From contig OZ219926.1 in assembly GCA_964291405.2 (NCBI GenBank), forward strand, positions 3,328,001 through 3,392,000: DNA of 64,000 bases, written 5' to 3'. Of this stretch, positions 48,253-58,991 are shown piece after piece. The translations under genes were made by a program, and so were the position numbers. The DNA is from Thermodesulfobacteriota bacterium. Its GTDB lineage: Bacteria > Desulfobacterota > Binatia > Bin18. Below the pieces are notes generated by a model. The model did not search any database. It saw only the letters and a list, made by a program, of their open reading frames with translations, and had not been told where the DNA came from. The first letter of the stretch is position 1; each line of letters begins with the position of its first letter.

Positions 48253-49350
48253 CTAAAAGAACTTGATGACGCTGCGGGCCACGCCACTGCCCTCTTTCAG
48301 CAGATCGTAGGCTTCGTTGACCTGTTCGAGCTGGAAGGTCTTGGAGACCAATTCGTCGATCTTGATCTTTTTATCCATATACATATCGAGCAGGCGGGGC
48401 ATATCGACGCGGGGACGGGTCGAGCCGTAGTACGAGCCCTGAATCCGCTTTTCCATTAAACAGAAAATGTTCGGGTTGAGCGAGATGCGCGAACCGTCGG
48501 GCGACACGCCGACCACCGTACACACGCCCCCGCGGCCCGTCATCTTGAACGCCAGCTCGATCGTCTTGGGCGTGCTGATGACCTCGAAGGCATAGTCGGC
48601 CCCGCGTCCGCCGGTCAGCTCCATAACCGCCTTGAAAGCGTCGTCCTGGCCGGGGTTGATGGTATGGGTCGCGCCAAAGGTCTTGGCAAACTCCAGTTTC
48701 GAGTCGAGCAGATCGACCGCAATAACCTGCCGCGCCCCTGCCAGGGCACAGCCCTGAATGACGTTGAGGCCCACCCCGCCACAGCCGACGACCACGGTCG
48801 ATGAGCCGGGCTGGACGTTGGCGGTGTTGACGGCCGCCCCCACCCCGGTCATGGTTCCGCAGCCCACAAAGCAGGCCCGGTCGAGCGGAATATCTTCCCG
48901 GATTTTGATGGCGCAGCTCTCATGGACAACGGCCTCTTCCGCGAACGAGGCCGTGTACGCGAAGTGGAAAACCTCCTCATTGTTCTTGCGCAGGCGCGTT
49001 GTCCCGTCCAGGAGCGTGCCGAGGGCTCTGGGCCGGGTTTCACACAGATGCGGTTGTCCTTGGGTACAATAGTGGCAGGTGCCACAGACCGGATTGAAAG
49101 ACAACACGACATGGTCGCCCTCTTTGACCGAGGTCACGCCGGCGCCAACCTCGGCCACCACCCCGGCGCCCTCATGACCCAGCACCATGGGCAGCGGCAT
49201 CCGCATATCGCCGGTCATGACGTGCAGATCACTATGGCAGGCACCGTTGGCCGCTACCTTGACCTTGACCTCCCCGGTTTTTGGCGGGTCGATGTGTAAA
49301 TCTTCAATCACGAGTGGTTTGTTCGGCTCATATAACACAGCAGCTTTCAT
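48253..49350 (-). CDS. Zn-dependent alcohol dehydrogenase (class III-like MDR)
   Basis: CHSD, GHEGAG, CGTCHYC..C, GCGTMTGVGA, GCGGVG. Confidence 0.95.
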   Translation of the reverse strand: MKAAVLYEPNKPLVIEDLHIDPPKTGEVKVKVAANGACHSDLHVMTGDMRMPLPMVLGHEGAGVVAEVGAGVTSVKEGDHVVLSFNPVCGTCHYCTQGQPHLCETRPRALGTLLDGTTRLRKNNEEVFHFAYTASFAEEAVVHESCAIKIREDIPLDRACFVGCGTMTGVGAAVNTANVQPGSSTVVVGCGGVGLNVIQGCALAGARQVIAVDLLDSKLEFAKTFGATHTINPGQDDAFKAVMELTGGRGADYAFEVISTPKTIELAFKMTGRGGVCTVVGVSPDGSRISLNPNIFCLMEKRIQGSYYGSTRPRVDMPRLLDMYMDKKIKIDELVSKTFQLEQVNEAYDLLKEGSGVARSVIKFF

Positions 49351-49499
49351 GGACCTTCCCTCCTATTGATACAAAATGCCCTGTAGGAGATTGGAATGAT
49401 AAACGGCTCGGGGAGCGCTGTCCAGGAAGCCTCACTCGGTTCGATGACCTCAAGGGCAAATTAAGAAGGTGTGTGGGCCTTCCATTCTTCTGAGAAAAA

Positions 49500-51749
49500 A
49501 TGAATAACCCTGGTATGAAATTCCAGCGAAGTCGGTGTGGAGGAGTGCTGTCCTGGGTGGTGTTGCTGTGCGCCGCTACGCTGCTGCCGTCTGGCGTGCT
49601 TGCCCAGCCGCAGCACACACTTGAAGACATTACGGTCACCGCTCGCAAGCAGGAGCAGCGCGCGTTCGACGTACCGCTATCGCTGTCCGTACTTCAGGAC
49701 GAGGGGCTCGACCGGTTGCGCTCGTCAGGTATGGACGTGCGTTTTCTGAACAACCGTGTGCCCAGCCTGCAAGCCGAGTCGTCCTTTGGGCGCTTCTTTC
49801 CCCGATTCTATATACGCGGCTTGGGCAATACCGACTTTGATATGAATGCGTCCCAGCCGGTCTCGGTGATGTACGACGGGATTGTGTTGGAAAATTCCCA
49901 ACTCAAGAGCACCCCGGTTTTTGATATCGAGCGTATCGAGGTGTTGCGCGGACCGCAGGGGACGCTCTTTGGGCGTAACACCACCGCCGGTGTCATCAAG
50001 ATCGAGTCGGCCCGTCCGACCTGGGACTGGGAGGGCTATGGCCGGTTGTCCTATGGACGATTCAACAGCGTGAATTTTGAGGGGGCGCTGTCCGGGCCGC
50101 TGATTCCGTCCGTTCTGGCGGCGCGGGCCTCGGTACTGGTCCAGCGTCGGAGCGACTGGGTAGACAATACCCACACTGGCGAGGACGACGCCCTAGGCGG
50201 CTATCGCGATGTGGCCGGGCGGATTCAGTTTTTATTGACGCCGACCGAAAATCTGTCCGGGCGGTTCAAGGTGCATATTCGCGACTTCGGCGGCACGCCC
50301 CGCCTCTTCCGGGCGAATGTGCTGAAGCCGGGCCATGCCGACCTGGTTTCGGGCTTCCGGCGCGACAAAATCGCCCATGACGCCGACAGTGACGCCGGGG
50401 TGAGCGGCCACGGCTTCGCTTCCGAGTTGCACTACACGCTTGGGCCTGTCCGGTTGATCTCGCTGACTGGTGGGGAATGGCTCGACAGCTTCGCAAGGGG
50501 TGATATCGACGGTGGCTATGGTGCGGTCTGGAGTCCGCCCAGCGGGCCGGGCCTGATTCCGTTTCCGGCCGAGACTGAGGACGGGATATCGGCTCTGCGT
50601 CAGTTAAGCCAGGAGGTTCGTGTGGAACACACGGCCTGGCAGCGCCTGGACTGGCGGGTGGGCTTTTTTTACTTTCACGAGGAACTCGACATGTTCGGCC
50701 TCAACTACGATACCCTGGCCGGGAATGTCGTGAATGGCCGTATCCGCCATGAGCAACGGACAGAGGCGTGGGCCGTGTTTGCCGGGGCAACGCTGAGCCT
50801 CACCGACAATCTCGAAGTCGCCGCCGGCGTGCGCGTCTCTGAAGACGACAAGGAATACCGTATCGAACGGCTGCAGTCGCCCATCGGAGCCGGCCCGCTG
50901 GGCCCGCTCCACAAGGCCCCCCGCGACCTGGTGCCGAGTTGGGACCTGAGCCTGCGCTACCAGCTACGGCCCGGCGTCCAGCCCTACGTCCGCGTGGCCA
51001 GCAGCTTTCGGGCACCCAGCATCCAGGGCCGGTTGCTGTTCAGCGACGAGGTGACTGTGGCCGACACTGAAGACATCATCTCGGTCGAGATCGGTCTGAA
51101 GACGCGTCTGTGGCAGCAGCGGCTCCACCTTGATCTGGCGGCCTATCATTTCTGGATGAACGATCAACAACTTACCGCGGTGGGCGGCGATGCCAATGTC
51201 GCCCGCCTGGTGAATGCCGACCGTACCATCGGACGAGGGGTTGAGGCTGAGCTGGCGCTGGTCCTGGCCCGTGGCCTGCGCTTTACCGCCGGTGCAAGTT
51301 ACAATTATACGCGGCTTGACGACTCGGGTCTGTTCATCCCCCCGTGCGGTGCGGACTGCACCGTCCTGGACCCGCCCGGCCCGGTTCCCGGTACAGTATC
51401 GATTGACGGCAACCGGCTATACCAGGCACCACGCTGGATTGTAAATTTCAGTCTGGACTATACCCGCGTGCTTGCCGGTGGCTCGACCCTAGTTATGTCC
51501 ACCGATTGGGCCTACCGCAGCCGTATCAACTTTTTTCTGTACGATTCGCGAGAATTCCGTGACGATCACCGGCTTGAGGGCGGGGCGCGCGTGGCCTGGG
51601 TCTCGCCCTCCGGTGTCCTGGAAGTCGCGGCCTTTGGTCGTAATATTCTGAACGATACCTCTCCCGCCGGCGGCATCGACTTCAACAACCTGACCGCCTA
51701 CATCAACCAACCGTCCTACTGGGGTGTTGAAGGGGTCGTACGTTTCTAA
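49500..51749 (+). CDS. TonB-dependent receptor
   Basis: Signal peptide; TonB box EDITVTARK; FYIRG; ERIEVLRGPQGTLFGRN; C-terminal Phe. Confidence 0.93.
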   Translation: MNNPGMKFQRSRCGGVLSWVVLLCAATLLPSGVLAQPQHTLEDITVTARKQEQRAFDVPLSLSVLQDEGLDRLRSSGMDVRFLNNRVPSLQAESSFGRFFPRFYIRGLGNTDFDMNASQPVSVMYDGIVLENSQLKSTPVFDIERIEVLRGPQGTLFGRNTTAGVIKIESARPTWDWEGYGRLSYGRFNSVNFEGALSGPLIPSVLAARASVLVQRRSDWVDNTHTGEDDALGGYRDVAGRIQFLLTPTENLSGRFKVHIRDFGGTPRLFRANVLKPGHADLVSGFRRDKIAHDADSDAGVSGHGFASELHYTLGPVRLISLTGGEWLDSFARGDIDGGYGAVWSPPSGPGLIPFPAETEDGISALRQLSQEVRVEHTAWQRLDWRVGFFYFHEELDMFGLNYDTLAGNVVNGRIRHEQRTEAWAVFAGATLSLTDNLEVAAGVRVSEDDKEYRIERLQSPIGAGPLGPLHKAPRDLVPSWDLSLRYQLRPGVQPYVRVASSFRAPSIQGRLLFSDEVTVADTEDIISVEIGLKTRLWQQRLHLDLAAYHFWMNDQQLTAVGGDANVARLVNADRTIGRGVEAELALVLARGLRFTAGASYNYTRLDDSGLFIPPCGADCTVLDPPGPVPGTVSIDGNRLYQAPRWIVNFSLDYTRVLAGGSTLVMSTDWAYRSRINFFLYDSREFRDDHRLEGGARVAWVSPSGVLEVAAFGRNILNDTSPAGGIDFNNLTAYINQPSYWGVEGVVRF

Positions 51750-51783
51750 CGACAGATGAGAATCGGACCGGAGCCGCGGCACC

Positions 51784-54091
51784 ATGAGAGAGAATACGAT
51801 GCCACTGCGCGACTCTACCTGGAACCTCGCGTCACTGATGATCAGATCGGCGGTGACAGACTGCGCGCGCCGGCTTGGCGGGTGGGTCGTGGCAGTATGG
51901 GCTGTGTTGCTGCCGTCTCCCGTGTTCGCTCAGCCGCAGCACGCGCTCGAAGATATTACGGTCACCGCCCGCAAGCAGGAACAACGCGCCTTTGACGTGC
52001 CGTTGTCGCTGTCTGTGCTCCAGGGCGAGGGGCTCGACCGGCTACGTGCCTCGGGTATGGATGTACGTTTTCTGACCAATCGAACGCCCAGCCTCCAGGT
52101 CATGTCAGGCTTCGGACGTATCTATCCATATTTCTTTATCCGTGGTCTGGGCAATACGGACTTCGACATGAATGCCTCCCAGCCGGTGTCGATCATGCAC
52201 GACGGCATTGTGCTGGAAAACCCGTGGCTCAAGGGTCATCCCATCTTTGATGTTGAGCGGGTTGAGGTGCTGCGCGGCCCGCAGGGCACGCTGTTTGGGC
52301 GGAATACGCCGGCCGGCATTGTGAAGGTCGAATCGGCCCGGCCGACCTGGGAGTGGGAGGGCTACGGTCGGCTGTCCTACGGACGGTTCGACAGTGTCAA
52401 TTTCGAGGGGGCGCTGTCTGGTCCGCTGATCCCGTCCGTCCTGGCGGCGCGCGCCTCTCTGTTGGTACAGCGCCGGAGCGACTGGATAGACAACACCTAT
52501 ACCGGCAAGACCCATACCCGTAAGAGTAAGGCCCTGGGTGGCTACGATGATATTGCCGGGCGCGTCCAGTTTGTGTGGACACCGGTGGAGAATTTTTCCG
52601 GGCGGTTCAAGGTTCATGTCCGGGACTTTGACAGCAATGCCCGGGTCTTCCGGGCGAATATATTCAGGCCGGGCCGCACCGGTCTACGCCCAGGGCTACG
52701 GCGCGACAAAACTGCCCAGGACGCTGGCAATCCGCAGTACCTGGCGAGCCACGGGTTTGCCACCGAGCTGCACTATACTCTGGGTGAGTTCCGCCTGATC
52801 TCGCTGACCGGTGGGGACTGGCTGGACGGCCGGTCGCGCGGCGACGTGGACGGTGGCTTTGGCGCGGTCTGGAGTCCGCCCAGCGGGCCGGGTCTGATTC
52901 CGTTTCCAACCGAGACGGCCGACGGCCTCTCGGCTCTGCGCCAGTTGAGCCAGGAGTTTCGTCTGGAACACACGGCTTGGCAGCGCCTGGACTGGCGGGT
53001 GGGCTTCTTTTACTTCCACGAGGAACTCGACATCGAGGGTTTCAGCTATGACACCCTGGCCGGGAGTGTACTGAACGGCCGCATCCGCCAGGATCAACGC
53101 ACCGAAGCCTGGGCCGTGTTTGCCGCCGCTATCTTTACCTTAACCGAGAACATCGAAATCGCCGCCGGTGTGCGTGTCTCCGAGGATGACAAGGAATACG
53201 CGAGCGAGCGTCTTCAGTCGCCCATCGGTGCCGGTCCACTTGGCCCGATCCATAGGACTCCCCGCGACCTGGTACCGAGCTGGGACCTGAGCCTGCGTTA
53301 CCAGGCGATGCCCGGCGTTCAGCCCTATGTGCGGGTGGCCAGCAGCTTTCGGGCGCCCAGCATCCAGGGCCGGTTGCTGTTCGGCGACGAGGTAACCGTG
53401 GCCGACACCGAGGACATCATCTCGGTCGAGCTTGGTCTGAAGCTGCGTGTGTGGCAGCAGCGTGTCCATTTGGACCTGGCGGCCTATCATTTCTGGATGC
53501 ACGATCAGCAGCTTACCGCGGGGAGCGGTGTGGACAATGCCAACCGGCTGCTGAACGCCGACCGCACCATCGGACGGGGCATCGAGGCGGAGGGGACCGT
53601 GGCCTTGGGCTATGGGCTGCGCCTGACGGCCGGCCTGAGCTATAACTACACCCGGCTCGATGACTCAGGTCTGTTCGTTCAGCCGTGCGGTTCGGACTGT
53701 ACGGTCCTTGACCCGCCCGGCCCGGTTCCAGGTACGGTCTCCATTGACGGCAACCGCCTGCCTCAAGCCCCCCGCTGGATCGCCAACCTGAACCTGAGCT
53801 ATACGCGCGTGTTACCCGGCGGCGCGGCCTTGATCCTGGCGACCGACTGGGCGTATCGCAGCCGCATCAATTTTTTTCTGTACGAGTCGCGCGAGTTTCG
53901 CGACAATCATCTGCTTGAGGGCGGCCTGCGCCTGTCCTGGCTGTCGGCCTCAGGCGGTCTGGAAGTGGCCGCCTTTGGCCGCAACATCTCTGAACAACAT
54001 CTCGCCCACCGGCGGTCTCGACTTCAACAATCTGGCCGGTTTCGTCAACGCGCCACCGGTGTGGGGCATCGAAGCGGCAGTGCGCTTGTGA
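51784..54091 (+). CDS. TonB-dependent receptor paralog with a +1 frameshift near the C-terminus (pseudogene or sequence error)
   Basis: Colinear with upstream paralog; removing one base at about 53989 restores LNNISPTGGLDFNNLAGFVNAPPVWGIEAAVRL-TGA (54089-54091). Confidence 0.85.
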
Positions 54092-54182
54092 CGGGCGGTT
54101 GGCCTGGCATTTGCGGTGTTGCCAAACGGTTCGGGCTCAGGCAAAACGGAGCATATCTTACGGAAGGAAAAGGAGGCAAAGC

Positions 54183-54464
54183 ATGATTGCATTGGTCGCA
54201 AAGCTGACGGTTCGCGAAGGCAAGGAGCAGGATTTTATTGATGCCATGAAGGATGTCGTCCCGGCCGTGCGTGAAGAGCCCGGCAACAGCGCCTACGTGA
54301 TGAACCGTTCAAAAGAAAATCCGAGCATGTTTGTGTTCTACGAAGAGTATACGGACCAGGCCGCTTTTGATGCCCATCGTAAGCATCTCGGCGAACTCGG
54401 GGTGGACCTGAGGGCCATCCTCGCCGGCGCGCCGACGCTCGAATTCTATGAGAAGATATACTAG
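54183..54464 (+). CDS. ABM/putative quinol monooxygenase family protein
   Basis: AGGAGG RBS; V.EGKEQDF, REEPG, FVFYEEY.D.AAFDAH. Confidence 0.88.
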   Translation: MIALVAKLTVREGKEQDFIDAMKDVVPAVREEPGNSAYVMNRSKENPSMFVFYEEYTDQAAFDAHRKHLGELGVDLRAILAGAPTLEFYEKIY

Positions 54465-54497
54465 GGTGCGTTTCCCGTTGAAGTAGCCTAACTATCG

Positions 54498-54531
54498 AAG
54501 AGGGACACGGCATATCGTGTCCCTCTTTTTG
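54498..54531 (+). terminator. Intrinsic terminator
   Basis: AAGAGGGACACG-gcatat-CGTGTCCCTCTT followed by a T tract. Confidence 0.7.
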
Positions 54532-54596
54532 TTTGCGCGTATGGGAATGCTTGCGTAGTGTTGAGGTGAAAAGTCACACTCAGAACGAGGACCCTC

Positions 54597-55052
54597 ATGA
54601 TGCTCGAAATTGACCCGGAGGCTAAACAAGGCGTCCAACTCGGTCCGGTGACGGTGACCGCCGAGGATATTCAATCCTTTGCCGAGGCAATGGGCGACCT
54701 GAACCCGCTGTATACAGACGTTGAGGCGGCGCGCGCCGCCGGCTACCCGGACGTTATTGCCCCCCCGATGTTTTGTATGCGGATGCGCGGCGGCAGATTG
54801 CTGCCCGAGGTCCCGCTCCCGTCCGGCTTTATGAGCCTGCACGCAGGACAGGAAATCGAATTCCACGACGAGATTATTGCCGGGCAGACGTATACCATTA
54901 CCTCACGTGTGGCCAATGTGTATGAAAAAACAGGCCGGAGCGGTCCCATGGAGATCATTGTCCGGGAGTCGACGATTACGAATGCCGAGGGGCGAACCAT
55001 TGTGACGATCCGCGAGCGCCAAATCGTGCGCTCCCCGGAAAAGAAAATCTAG
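54597..55052 (+). CDS. MaoC-like dehydratase N-terminal (hotdog) protein
   Basis: IQSFAEAMGDLNPLY.D..AA..AGY...IAPP, LHAGQEIEF, EK.GRSG. Confidence 0.88.
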   Translation: MMLEIDPEAKQGVQLGPVTVTAEDIQSFAEAMGDLNPLYTDVEAARAAGYPDVIAPPMFCMRMRGGRLLPEVPLPSGFMSLHAGQEIEFHDEIIAGQTYTITSRVANVYEKTGRSGPMEIIVRESTITNAEGRTIVTIRERQIVRSPEKKI

Positions 55053-55065
55053 GCACAGAGGACCA

Positions 55066-56040
55066 ATGCGTATCAGTCTGGATCCCTGGGGGGGCGATTA
55101 CGGCAGCCAGATTTCGACGCCACAGGCGGTCGATGCAGAACAGCTCTCCGCGCAAGTGACGGGTCAGCAGGTTGAGGCTGGTCCGTGGCAGCCCCGGACA
55201 CCAGCTCCCGAGCAGATGCCGAACATGACCGCGGTGATTGACGGCGTCATGCGGGTCGATGCGCCTGCGGTCCTAAGTGACGACGACACGCGCTTTCTGG
55301 CCCTGTTCGGGTCGTACGCGGCTGGGGCGGTCGTTATTGACCGCCGGGTTGAGATTATCGAGGAACAGCTCGACCGCCTCTTTATTGTTGGCGGGGGGCA
55401 ATCCGGACAGGATGTGCTGGTCGCGGCCGGAACGGGTGGAAAGATTCCCATGCGCTACCGGAGCATGAGCGTGTCGGACCTCACCCCGGATTCCTTACGT
55501 GAAAGCCTCTTGACTGCAATGCGGCAGGCCGAGGTTGATTTGGCCCGAAAGCTGTCTGGGAACGAACGTCTCATACTTGCGGACGGTAATCTGACCTTTT
55601 TAGGCGATAGCTCCTCAGTTGTTGGGGTCATCAAGACGATTCAACGTATGTACCTTGCGCCCAAAGAGGCAAAAATTCTCGAACAGCTTCAACCGGGGGA
55701 ACGAACACCGCTGTTCCAATTCTCTGGCAGTAGCAGGCGAAAAAGTTTTGAGGTGTTCACCTGTTATCTACGTCTGGCGAATCCGCGACCGATCGAGCAT
55801 CCATTTACCGGACTGGTGCGCTTAGAAGTGAAGCTTGGACTTGGTATTCAGCAGGCGGTCATACTGTTAGATCAAGCCGCACGCGCTGTTTCGGCTCTGG
55901 CCTCCCGCGCGCCAAAAGACCCCCGCGCCCCTCAAAACTTGATTCCCATCGGCGGACTAGAGCGACGGCTGCGGCACCGGCTGGGTGACCCCAAGCTGGT
56001 CCGGCGGTGTATTGAGAAGGCCCTCCTGAACCAGGTATAG
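55066..56040 (+). CDS. nurA: NurA-family 5'-3' nuclease
   Basis: LDPW, AVIDG, SYAAGAV, MRQAE, ILADG, GVIKT, GERTPLF, YLRL, DPRAPQNLIPIGGLE..LRHRLG; adjacent to herA. Confidence 0.85.
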   Translation: MRISLDPWGGDYGSQISTPQAVDAEQLSAQVTGQQVEAGPWQPRTPAPEQMPNMTAVIDGVMRVDAPAVLSDDDTRFLALFGSYAAGAVVIDRRVEIIEEQLDRLFIVGGGQSGQDVLVAAGTGGKIPMRYRSMSVSDLTPDSLRESLLTAMRQAEVDLARKLSGNERLILADGNLTFLGDSSSVVGVIKTIQRMYLAPKEAKILEQLQPGERTPLFQFSGSSRRKSFEVFTCYLRLANPRPIEHPFTGLVRLEVKLGLGIQQAVILLDQAARAVSALASRAPKDPRAPQNLIPIGGLERRLRHRLGDPKLVRRCIEKALLNQV

Positions 56041-56060
56041 CCAAACGGAAAGGAGAACGC

Positions 56061-57755
56061 ATGGGGAGAGTCATCGGCACGCAAGACGCCACCCCGCTCG
56101 AATTCTGGGTGTGGCTCGAAGAAGGCGAAGCGATCCAGGTTGATGATGCCATCGTGGTTGAGACCGACTCGCCAAACGGACCGCTGAAATTATTCGGCAT
56201 GGTCGATATCGTCCGGGCACGCCATCAGGGCTCGACGTTTGACTCCGACGTGGTTGAGGCGGAACGCGGTCTGCCCGTTGAACTCTCTATCGCCGCGCAC
56301 GTTAAAGTGACTCGTTTGATGCCGGAGTATTATTATCCGCCGATGCCGGGTGACCAGGTCCGTACGGTCGAGGATGAAGAATTCGCGCAAGCCCTGTTCA
56401 TGGACAAGATGGAGCGCAAGTTCCCGATCGGCCTGTCCCTGTCCGGCAAGGATGTTGTGTACGGCAACCTGGATTTTCTGAACGGCCGCAAGGGCGCGCA
56501 TATGAATATCAGCGGCGTGTCCGGTATTGCCACCAAGACGACCTACTCCACCTTCCTGCTCCACAGCCTGCTGCACTGCGGGCATCTGACGGACGCGAAA
56601 AACACGCACGCGATTATTTTTAATGTCAAAGGCGAAGACCTGCTGTTCCTGGACAAGGCCAGTAACGTCATGCCCGTAGAAGAAGAAGCCCTCTACGCTC
56701 AACTGGGCTTGCCGGCGGAGCCGTTTGATTCGGTTCAATTCTACGTCCCGCCCACGGAAAACGCGCGCGGTCCGATCATGCCTAAGGTCAGCTCCCGCAA
56801 GGCAGATGAGGTTACGCCATACTTTTGGACGGTCCGGGATTTTTGTCGGCAACGCCTGCTGCGCTACCTGTTTTCTGAAGGCGGGGAAGACGCCTCTTTG
56901 CTGTCAGCCCTGACCTATCAGGTGGAACGCAAACTCCTTGAAGCAGCCGAAGACGCCGAGAAAGATGGTCCGGGTCCGGGTGTGTTGCTCCCCTTGGGAG
57001 AGGATCTGGCAGAGGACGACAGTTCAGCCCCTCCGACCGAGGTTCGCGATTTTCCGACCCTCCTCCGAGCGATGGAGGCCATTGCCAGTAATACCAACCA
57101 TTCGCCCGGTACGGTCGGCGCGTTTATGCGTCGTCTGTACAGCGCGGAAGACAAGGTCGCGTATCTTATCCGTGACCCTGCGGACTCCGACGCGGCCCGG
57201 CACGCGATCAGCTGGCGCAACAAGCAGGTAACCGTGGTCAGCCTGAGCGGACTGTACGAAGTTGGAAAGAGCTTTGTGGTGGGATCGGTGTTGCAACAGA
57301 TTCAGGAAGAAAAAGAAGCGACCGGATCGGCGGAACCCCTGTGTTTTATCGTTGTGGACGAACTGAACCGCTACGCGCCCCGTGACGGCTGGTCTCCGAT
57401 TCGAGAGCGGCTGCTTGAGATTGCCGAGCGGGGGCGATCCAGCGGCACGATTCTGATTGGTGCGCAGCAGACCGCTTCCGAAGTGGAGCGGCGGATTGTT
57501 GCCAATCCTGCCTTTCGGATCGTCGGCCGGCTGGATGCCGCCGAAGCCGAACGGGCCGAATATGGTTTTCTACCGCCAACCCTGCGCAAGCGGGCCGCCA
57601 TTTTAACGTCAGGGCGGATGATTGTGTCTCAACCCGACATCCCCACTCCGGTCCCGATTAAGTTTCCCATGCCGGCCTGGGCGACCCGGGCGGACGAACA
57701 GAAATTGCCGCCACCTGCTTTGAAGCTGTCCCGAGTCCGAGAAAGCGAGTATTAA
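56061..57755 (+). CDS. herA: HerA-family ATPase/helicase
   Basis: N-terminal HAS-barrel-like GRVIGT..ATP.EF; variant Walker A HMNISGVSGIATKT; IFNVKGEDL; Walker B IVVDELN; RGRS.G; AQQ. Confidence 0.88.
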   Translation: MGRVIGTQDATPLEFWVWLEEGEAIQVDDAIVVETDSPNGPLKLFGMVDIVRARHQGSTFDSDVVEAERGLPVELSIAAHVKVTRLMPEYYYPPMPGDQVRTVEDEEFAQALFMDKMERKFPIGLSLSGKDVVYGNLDFLNGRKGAHMNISGVSGIATKTTYSTFLLHSLLHCGHLTDAKNTHAIIFNVKGEDLLFLDKASNVMPVEEEALYAQLGLPAEPFDSVQFYVPPTENARGPIMPKVSSRKADEVTPYFWTVRDFCRQRLLRYLFSEGGEDASLLSALTYQVERKLLEAAEDAEKDGPGPGVLLPLGEDLAEDDSSAPPTEVRDFPTLLRAMEAIASNTNHSPGTVGAFMRRLYSAEDKVAYLIRDPADSDAARHAISWRNKQVTVVSLSGLYEVGKSFVVGSVLQQIQEEKEATGSAEPLCFIVVDELNRYAPRDGWSPIRERLLEIAERGRSSGTILIGAQQTASEVERRIVANPAFRIVGRLDAAEAERAEYGFLPPTLRKRAAILTSGRMIVSQPDIPTPVPIKFPMPAWATRADEQKLPPPALKLSRVRESEY

Positions 57756-57765
57756 GGATACGGGC

Positions 57766-58944
57766 ATGAGGTTCCTTCACACCTCGGACTGGCACGTGGG
57801 CCGGACTATCCGTAATCGCTCGCGGATGGATGAGCACCGGGCGGTCTTTGCAGAGATTGTTGATATCGCTAAGCGCGAGCAAGTTGATGCTGTCCTGGTG
57901 ACCGGTGACGTCTTTCACGAGCGACGCCCGCCGCTTGCTGCCGAGGAACTGGTGGCGCAAACCCTGGCGCAACTCGCCCGTGACAATATCGTCTCTGTCG
58001 TCATTCCCGGTAACCACGATGACGCCGCCCGCCTGCGCACCCTGAAACCGCTGGGCGATTTGCTCCAAGTGCATATGGTGACGGATATGAGTGAAACCCC
58101 GTCGGACCTCATCGTTTCCATTCCCCAGCGAACCGGAGGAGAGCGGGCGCTAGTGAGTTGTCTGCCCTATCTGCATCCTCACCGCGTCCTGACTGCGGCA
58201 GAAGGAACCGACAAAAGCGAGAACGAACGTCTGAGTGCGTATCAGAGCATGGTGCAGGACTATCTCCGTGCCCTGGAAGAGTCGATGCTGCAAATGGACC
58301 CCAACGCGGTGTCTATCCTGCTCGCTCACGCTCATGTTTCCGGGACGGAGTTTGGAGGGGGCGAATGGCGCTCAAGCGTCTTTCCTGTCGATCCGGGGAT
58401 ATTTCCCAGTCAGGTACACTATGTAGCCCTGGGGCATATGCATCAGCCCCAAAAGGTGGGCGGGACACGGGCGCAGGCTTACTACGCCGGATCGATCTTA
58501 CAGATGGATTTTGGTGAGCGGGACCAACAAAAAAGCGTGTATCTGATTGAGGCGCATCCGGGGAAACCGGCGGAAGTCTCACTGATTGCGCTGACCGCAG
58601 GCAAAGCCCTGCTGCGCCGGACGGGAAGCGCCGAAGAAATACTGTTGCAGGCGGAAGAATTCACCAATGCGTGGGGTGAGGTCGTCTTAAAGCCGGAAGG
58701 CCAAACGTCTGAGATGATCGAACAAATCCGAGCGTTGCCGGGCATAGTCTCGCTCCGGTTTGAAGAGACGCAGGTCAGCGATTCCAGCGGCGAAACGGCC
58801 CACAATCCAAAGGAGCGACCCGCGGCGGAACTTTTCACCGACTACTACAAGTCAAAACGTGGCGCGGCTCCCGAGCCTCAGCTTGTAGCCCTGTTTGAGC
58901 GGCTGTATCAGGAGGTCAGCACCGCGCGTGACGAGCCCGTATAA
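57766..58944 (+). CDS. sbcD: SbcD/Mre11 nuclease
   Basis: HTSDWH, GDVF, GNHD, LAH, YVALGHMH, YAGS...DFGE. Confidence 0.95.
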   Translation: MRFLHTSDWHVGRTIRNRSRMDEHRAVFAEIVDIAKREQVDAVLVTGDVFHERRPPLAAEELVAQTLAQLARDNIVSVVIPGNHDDAARLRTLKPLGDLLQVHMVTDMSETPSDLIVSIPQRTGGERALVSCLPYLHPHRVLTAAEGTDKSENERLSAYQSMVQDYLRALEESMLQMDPNAVSILLAHAHVSGTEFGGGEWRSSVFPVDPGIFPSQVHYVALGHMHQPQKVGGTRAQAYYAGSILQMDFGERDQQKSVYLIEAHPGKPAEVSLIALTAGKALLRRTGSAEEILLQAEEFTNAWGEVVLKPEGQTSEMIEQIRALPGIVSLRFEETQVSDSSGETAHNPKERPAAELFTDYYKSKRGAAPEPQLVALFERLYQEVSTARDEPV

Positions 58945-58991
58945 GTATTCGCCTAGCTCCAACCCCGAACCCCAAGTCCCCCATTAACGCC

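Noticed and set aside
47937-48287. 116-aa ORF / AT-richer spacer next to the decayed island
   Set aside because: No recognisable protein in the frames I read; possibly further debris but unsupported.
49351-49499. Cobalamin riboswitch or Fur box upstream of the TonB receptors
   Set aside because: No B12-box motifs visible; aatgataaac is only a partial match to the Fur consensus.
58960-58983. C-rich heptamer-like run (aaccccg aacccca agtcccc) between sbcD and sbcC
   Set aside because: Only three degenerate units; too short to call.
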